Shown here: in pieces, positions 56,850 to 64,000 of the stretch
Layout: each line of letters opens with the position of its first letter
Numbering within the stretch: the stretch's first letter is position 1
Source: the human T2T-CHM13v2.0 reference genome, Homo sapiens
Direction: 5' to 3' (one strand)
Length of the DNA: 64,000 bases
NCBI RefSeq assembly: GCF_009914755.1
Contig: NC_060929.1
The notes under the pieces: generated by a model
What the model was told of the DNA's origin: nothing
The model's database searches: none
Seen by the model: the letters and a program-made list of their open reading frames with translations, nothing else
Made by a program: the position numbers and the translations under genes

Positions 56850-57661
56850 GTGAGTGTTTACTTTACAAATCATTATTCCTCTCAAGAAAGTACATAGACA
56901 GTAGTGTCTTCTCACCATCCCTCCCAATCTGAGGATTTAGATGTTTAGAACTTGCTTTTTGATAAATTATGCTATTTATTTGGCTATCCAGTGTTGAATA
57001 TTCAAAATAATGTTGATGTGTAGACTTTTTAGGATAGTCAGCAAAACCACTGCTACTGAATGTTTTGAAGAAAAGGGAACAAAAAGAACCCTGATTCTTT
57101 GCCCTTGGAAAGTGTGCTGAGTATTTGTTGATAACAGCAGAATCCCAAATCTCATTTCTACTTCCTGTAGGATCATTCAAGATAGTTTCAAAGCTAAAAA
57201 GTATTTTTGGTTTTTAATCATTTCCTGTAATTGTTGAGTAATCTGGTGTTATCTGAGGCATGGAGCAGTCTCTCATGTCAGTGCTCACTTTCATTTAGTT
57301 ACAAAAAGAGTAAAAAGACATCACTAATCAGTGAAATAGAATGCCTTATTTAACAAGTGCTTTTGGAACAATTAATTGATTAATATTTACATATCCAAAT
57401 ACACTGTCAAGTGAATTGAAAGTTAATATAAAAAAACTGGAAAAAAATGGAAATTTTCTGAAGGATGGAAAAATTTCTGAGTTTAGAGCTAATAGAAAAA
57501 ATAATATAGGAAATTGTTGAAAGGATTTGACTATATAAAAAAAGGGAAAAACATCACACACCAAAAAAAAAGTTTGAAGACAAAAACACAATCTTATTTG
57601 AAATTTCCATTGACTCATATAGGTATGTGTATGTATGTATAACCCTGTTAAAATTGTCTTA

Positions 57662-57975
57662 GGTAGGGCGCGGTGGCTCATGGCTGTAATCCCAGCACTG
57701 TGGGAGGCTGAGGCAGGTGGATCACATGTGGTCAGGATTTCGAGACCAGCCTGGCCAACATGGTGAAACCCCGTCTCTCCTAAAAATGCAAAAATCAGCC
57801 AGGAGTGGTGGCACACACCTGTAATCCCAGCTACTCGGGAGGCTGAGGCAGGAGAATCACTGGGACCCAGGAGGCAAAAGTTGCATGCGCTGAGCCGAGA
57901 TCGTGCCACTGCACTCCAGCCTAAGCGACAGAGTGAGACTCTGTCTCAAAAAAAAAAAAAAGAAAAGAAAAAAAA
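57662..57975 (+). mobile_element. AluS (intron 4)
   Basis: Full Alu with poly-A. Confidence 0.95.
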
Positions 57976-59599
57976 GTCTTAGACAGCATAATTCAACTTT
58001 ACATTAGTTTTATCTGAACCATTGGCACGCTTCCTTAAAAATCCTATGTTTTATAACTGTATTATTCTAAAAATGTAATCAATTTTCAACGTCATTCTAT
58101 TTTTACTAATGGATATTATTATTCTGATGACTGTGCTGCCAGTAAGTGAATTAGATATTGCTTGTGATATGTGTTAACATCAGTGCATAAATGAATATTG
58201 CAATGGATCTTTATGGTTTATGATATTCCAAGGTCTTTACAATAAGGTTGCTTTAATCTTTTTGTTTTTTGATTTTAAAGTTGCAAAAATTTAAAAAAAG
58301 AACATACTGATATTTAGAGATTACAGAATTTGCCTCAAAATTTTTAATCTATAACTCCAGATAAAGTAAAAAATGAAAGGTAAAAAGCAAGAGAATTTGA
58401 GAGATTAATTAGCAGTCCGGGTAGCAAGCAGAGAGGCAGAAAGAGAGAGAGGAGGAGAAAGAAAAAAAGAAAAAACCCAAAGTTTCCTTTACATACTTAG
58501 AAGGTCAAAATCATAAGATACTCTTAAGAATTATGTGGAAAAGACTGACAATCATCACATTTTTTTGAAACTTCTTAAGTTCTGGGCTTAAAGTAGGAAT
58601 GTAGTTCTGGCACTTACAATTGGCATATTTTAATTTCAACTTCTTAATGCTGTTTTCCATTGCTTTTAAAACAAAAAAAATTTTTGAATACTTCATGAGT
58701 TCTTTTTCAAAGTGATTTTAAAAAAAGCTTAGGAATGGGGATATAGAAACCAATAATTAGTATCTGTTATTTGGTAAACTAACCAAAGACATTAATAATG
58801 ACTTTCTTCTAATTAATTGGCAAAATAAATCAGTTTTATAGGGAGAAAACTATGCCTTGTTCATTGCACATGAAATATGGCCAAAGCTGCTTCCCCTTTG
58901 ACAGTTAAACTGGGTCAAATAAGTTTTCTTTTATTTTTCCAATTACTTCTTGCAAGCCCATACTCTTCTGTTCAGTTTTATAACTGATTCACAACTTTAC
59001 ATAACGTTAAATTCTGTAGGCATTTTTTAGGATCTTAATTAGATTTCTCTTTTGCACTTGTCTCCTTTTTCATGTATCAATTTTAAAGTTATTTAATCTA
59101 ATGTTTCTGATGTCATTTAATCATGATTTAATCAGGAGTTTTTGGCATTCAAGGACTCCTGAAAAGGAGAGAATTGGGATTGCATTAATGGAGATATTAA
59201 GGATTGGAGCAGGTATAATGTGAGCAAGAAGACAAGTGCCATTCAGCGTTAGTGACTGCAGTTAATTGGGAAGTGGGCAAAGTTAAAAACTGGTAGTCAG
59301 TGAACCTCATTTGTGTTTGCTTAGCATATGGAGTAATTTTGAACTGAATTTTCACACAACATTTGCCCTCTCGACTCTCTTTTACAAATTAGGGAATCTG
59401 GCAACACAACCTATTTCATACCCGTGGGCAGGCAGAAAACATAGTGGTCTGTACATAGGCATGGGTTCTTCATTCACCATGGTGTCTATACCTGACCCCA
59501 AGCCCTCTTCAAGCGTTACTGCCATTAGGTTTATGGTTTCTGCTGAGCAGTATGAATGGAAGGAACTGCAGAAAACTAATGTTCAGCAAGAACAATGAT

Positions 59600-59760
59600 A
59601 ATGATGCTAGCTAACAATATTATATGGCATTTGCTATTTACCTGGCATTGTTCTTAGTGTTTTGTATCTATAGACCCATTTAATCTTTACAACAATCTTA
59701 AAAGATAGAATGTATGGTTATCTTCATTTTACAGATGAATCACCTGAGGCCCAGGTAAAT
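59600..59760 (-). mobile_element. MIR
   Basis: catttaatctttacaacaa...cattttacagatga...ctgaggc. Confidence 0.7.
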
Positions 59761-60113
59761 GAGAGACAAAAAGTGAACCTGCATGCATTCTCCTCCTTGG
59801 TGTTCTCTGGAAGGAAAGCACCTGTTTTATCTAGCTTGTTGGGAGACCTCATAGGCTCCTCCCTTCACTGACACCTGCTCCCAACAGTCTCAGCACTCCT
59901 CCTCCCGCAAGGCTTGCCACTGGGCACAGAGCACCTGCCACCTTCTCCATCACTTCTGCTTTCCCCAAAGGCATTACTGACTCATTGGTTTTGAGTTGAC
60001 AATTATTAGTATCTTAGAAAAGAGTAGAGATGATTTCTGAGCTCCATAATGGAGAGGTAGAAGGTTTGCATTTTTCATGTGTTTCCATTGATTGTTTTCT
60101 CATTTCTTTGAAG

Positions 60114-60228
60114 ACATGTGGTCCTCTGTGGGCACAGCAATGTGGGAATCAGTATTACACAACGGGTGTGTGTTCTGACATCAGTCCTGATTTTCAGCTC
60201 TCAGCCAGCTTCTCACCTGCAACTCAGC
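60114..60228 (+). CDS. ITGA2: ITGA2 coding exon 5 (TCGPLWAQQCGNQYYTTGVCSDISPDFQLSASFSPATQ)
   Basis: Acceptor ctcatttctttgaag, donor AGC|GTAAGT; 115 nt. Peptide is visible in ORF 60030..60344. Confidence 0.97.
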
Positions 60229-60393
60229 GTAAGTTATTAATGTGCAGATGGTCTGAGCAATGCCTTACAGTTAAAGGAGGGGGAAAAGGTTATCAACTAG
60301 TGGCACCCAAACCCTCCTTAAGTCTCATTTTTATATGGCTGTGAAATATGACTTACCTGTGGAAATCTGCTTCTTTCCTCTTTTCCTGTGTAG

Positions 60394-60521
60394 CCTGCCC
60401 TTCCCTCATAGATGTTGTGGTTGTGTGTGATGAATCAAATAGTATTTATCCTTGGGATGCAGTAAAGAATTTTTTGGAAAAATTTGTACAAGGCCTGGAT
60501 ATAGGCCCCACAAAGACACAG
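60394..60521 (+). CDS. ITGA2: ITGA2 coding exon 6, start of the I (VWA) domain with MIDAS DxSxS (CPSLIDVVVVCDESNSIYPWDAVKNFLEKFVQGLDIGPTKTQ)
   Basis: Acceptor ttttcctgtgtag, donor CAG|GTATGG; 128 nt. DESNS at 60429-60443. Peptide is visible in ORF 60348..60548. Confidence 0.98.
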
Positions 60522-60763
60522 GTATGGCTAGCAGAAATGCATAACTAACTTATGGCTTTCTTTCTGAAAAAAATATTGTTAGCTATGAAGTCTTAATTTT
60601 TGTATTTGCCAAATCCCCATTTTAAATGCATTTGATGGTAGTTTTTAAAGTTAATTGAAACTTTTACTACATTGGGTTATTCTACCTATGGCTTTGCCCA
60701 GTGCTGGTCTTTTGACCTTAGAGTTCTATTTCTGACACAAGCATTAAAGGTATGGGATATAAC

Positions 60764-61087
<324 letters not shown>

Positions 61088-63161
61088 TAGTTTCCTGTCT
61101 TTCCCTTCTAACCCATGAGTTACATTTTAAAATTCAATATATATTTTTATGTCCATTTGGACCAATAATTAATTTCTTTTGTTTATTCCTTGCTGGTAAA
61201 ACAATTATTGAATTCTGAAATTTGTATAAATAAGTCACTAAGCATAGTTCTACCATTTATGATAATATTTTATAGTTATTTATCATATTCCAGTTTAGCT
61301 TGCCCTTTTGCCTACAGAAAAGGTCTTTTCAATAATTTTATATAGTTCTTTATATTTTAAGAAGTCTTTAATTTGCTTTTACATCTTCTTGAGGTAGGCA
61401 CCTAAAGCTCAATAGTATTATTTTAAAGTTCAGTTTCTGGTTTTGGATTTTTTTTTTCCTTTCTGATTGAATCTGCCATTTCCTGAGCCATTCTGGTTGT
61501 AGCAGTATACTGAACCAGTGTCAACCCGGACCAGTTCACTGTTACCAGTGTATGCTCATGGATTGCATCTTATACTCTAATGTCCAACATCTAATACAAA
61601 TTGTTGACATATTTTTCCCTAAATGCTTTCCAGCTATCTTTATTGAAATTTGCTTCTCTGCTTTCCTGTTCACTATTATAACATGTTGTTATATGTTTCT
61701 CCCATTGAAATTGCTTTTCAGTACCAAGAGTATCTCAATACCCACAGAAGCTTTGGAAATTTCCCTGTGGGCATTTTCCAGGACATTCCGCTAAATAAAA
61801 CTACATATAGCACTGGTTTCCAGAAAGCACCACTCTTAAAGCCCCTTATAAGTTTTCATATGTATCTCCTTATTTCCTCTGTTTCTAAATGAGTTACCCT
61901 CATAATGTGACTAATTTTATTTAAGTCTCCTATATAGAATTCACAGTCTTCCTCTTTTGTGTCTTCCTACCACAGTGCATCTGATTCCTCTCTAGAAGTG
62001 GTTTAACTCAATCTCTTTTCTTACAGCCTAAATTTGACCTTCCTGTAAGTTCTAACCTACCACATTTCTTTAAATCTTTTTTCTTCTTTTTCACACAGAA
62101 GTCCTGGGGCTCTGTCATGGGATTACTACCATCTTCCTCTCGTATTGGACTTTGAAATTCTCAGTTATTTTTTATTCTTTCCTCCCTCTCAAGTCTTACA
62201 TCCCTAGAGAAAGGGGTCCAGGAATATTATATTTCTCACTATCTTCCCAGTGCCTAGCTCACTGCTCCCTTGGCAAAACACAGCAGATGGAACTCAGAAA
62301 TCCAGTCCTCACCGCTTCCACCTCCTTACATACTGACCTGTATTTCAGAGAGCCTCTTATTGCCATTCAGAGATCCCTCACTGCCACTCCTGTTCTGGAA
62401 AGCCCATCTCCTAGGCTTAGAGGATGATCTCAATGCCTGCAAACAAGGACATTAACAGAAGGGTGTGACCTTATTGATCTCTAGGATTAGGGAATGCTCC
62501 CAAACATCTTGTTCAGAAATTCTTTCAAATAAGATGCTCTCCAGTGGCATTTTCTCTGAAAGCCAGAAACTCCCTGCCCCATATGCACATATAGCATCTT
62601 CTTTCCAGTGTTGTTGAAGCCCATAATAGAGGAAATTCAGCACAATAAATAGACCTCAATTGACTACGCTGATTAGGAGCACATTGGTTTTTGTTGTATT
62701 CAATTCTAATTATTTATTACACAGTTACCATCCTTTGATGAGATGTTACTCTTCATCTGTGATTGCTTATAGTTGTTCGCGAGCTTCTGTCCATTGGTAA
62801 TTAGAAAGTTTATTTATATCAAGTTTAATCTTCCTGTTAAAAACAGTGTTCTAATAGTCATCCATATTAAAATATTATATGGCAGTATTAAAAACTACAA
62901 ATATTACTCTTGGGAATCAAATCATACACTGTAGCACATCATCTTTCTTGGCAATAGTACTGCTGTTGTACACTGATGGCCTCTAACAGAGAAGAAATCA
63001 TTCCATTGAAAGAAAAGTAACTATCAAGAACAAAGTTGGAAGTGATGCCTTAAAGCTACCGGCCCATGTCTAAATGTACTTTTGATTTTTATTTTATTGG
63101 TTAAGTAGAAATTATTTTTAATGTAATGACAGCCCATTAATAAATGTCTCCTCTGTTGAAG

Positions 63162-63310
63162 GTGGGGTTAATTCAGTATGCCAATAATCCAAGAGTTGTG
63201 TTTAACTTGAACACATATAAAACCAAAGAAGAAATGATTGTAGCAACATCCCAGACATCCCAATATGGTGGGGACCTCACAAACACATTTGGAGCAATTC
63301 AATATGCAAG
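63162..63310 (+). CDS. ITGA2: ITGA2 coding exon 7, I-domain (VGLIQYANNPRVVFNLNTYKTKEEMIVATSQTSQYGGDLTNTFGAIQYAR)
   Basis: Acceptor ctctgttgaag, donor AG|GTAAGT; 149 nt. Contains the MIDAS Thr (precursor T250). The gene continues past the window. Confidence 0.97.
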
Positions 63311-63835
63311 GTAAGTTTTGGTGCTAATAGGCCAATGTTTTCATAATGTAAAACATTATATTTATGTAATAAATATGAAAAAGTAAGGAAAAGACAAAGA
63401 AAAATAATATACCTGGTACCTAATTTAAATCAGAACTAATAAAGAAAAAAACATCAGAGCATTCTATGTCTTGAATACTTTAAGAAGGCAGCTGGGAAAG
63501 TTAAATCTTTGATTTTAGGATATTTATAAGATATCACATGATATTTAAATGAATTTATGTGAAGTAAATGAAATGAGAAGACCTTAGATTAAAACAGTAG
63601 GAAATGGGGCAATCTGTCATAATTTGTTAATATTCATCAGAGATTCAGACAAATTGAGCTCATGGATCACTTGGTGCAAATTAACAAAGACCACAGAATC
63701 TTAAACATACGAGTTTAAGTTTATTATGCTTATTACAATCAGTGGGAAATGTGAAATTATAACTATACAGGACTCTCTTGATTCTTATCTCAATTTCTCT
63801 ATTTTCTCAGATCCACTGACCTTTCTTTTCACTCT

Positions 63836-64000
63836 ATTTTTTATTTTATTTTTATTATACTTTAAGTTCTGGGATACATGTGCAGAACGTGCAGGTTCAT
63901 TACATAGTATACACATGCCATGGTGATTTGCTGCACCCATCAACCCATATCTACATTAGGTACTTCTCCTAATGCTATCCCTCTCCTAGTCCCCCACCCC
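63836..64000 (-). mobile_element. L1PA 3' end (continues past the window)
   Basis: ttattatactttaagttctgggatacatgtgcagaacgtgcaggtt...tctcctaatgctatccc. Confidence 0.92.

Overview
This is human (or very closely related great-ape) genomic DNA carrying the 5' part of ITGA2 (integrin alpha-2, CD49b, platelet GPIa) on the + strand. It holds a CpG-island, TATA-less, GC-box promoter and coding exons 1-7: 1232-1295, 38508-38628, 53872-53981, 56758-56849, 60114-60228, 60394-60521 and 63162-63310. These total 779 nt, all introns are GT-AG, and the frame is open. They encode the signal peptide, the first beta-propeller blades and the N-terminal half of the collagen-binding I-domain, including the MIDAS motif DESNS. 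The introns are mostly transposon debris: about 20 Alus, a ~6.2 kb antisense L1, MaLR/ERVL LTRs, L2, MIR, MER20, MER33 and MER44. I found no evidence of a wholly new multi-gene system. The best second-look items are: (1) a 3'-truncated U4 snRNA retrocopy with a decayed target-site duplication (TSD); (2) a 56-bp near-perfect inverted duplication in intron 1 not explained by any repeat I recognise; (3) an inverted Alu pair flanking the phase-0, 243-nt exon 5+6 block; (4) a 165-nt in-frame intron 5 with a single stop; (5) an intron-1 CA tract that may bind hnRNP L; and (6) the allelic state (CA)11 / '-52T' / c.759T (807T). Repeat boundaries and subfamilies were read by eye and are approximate.
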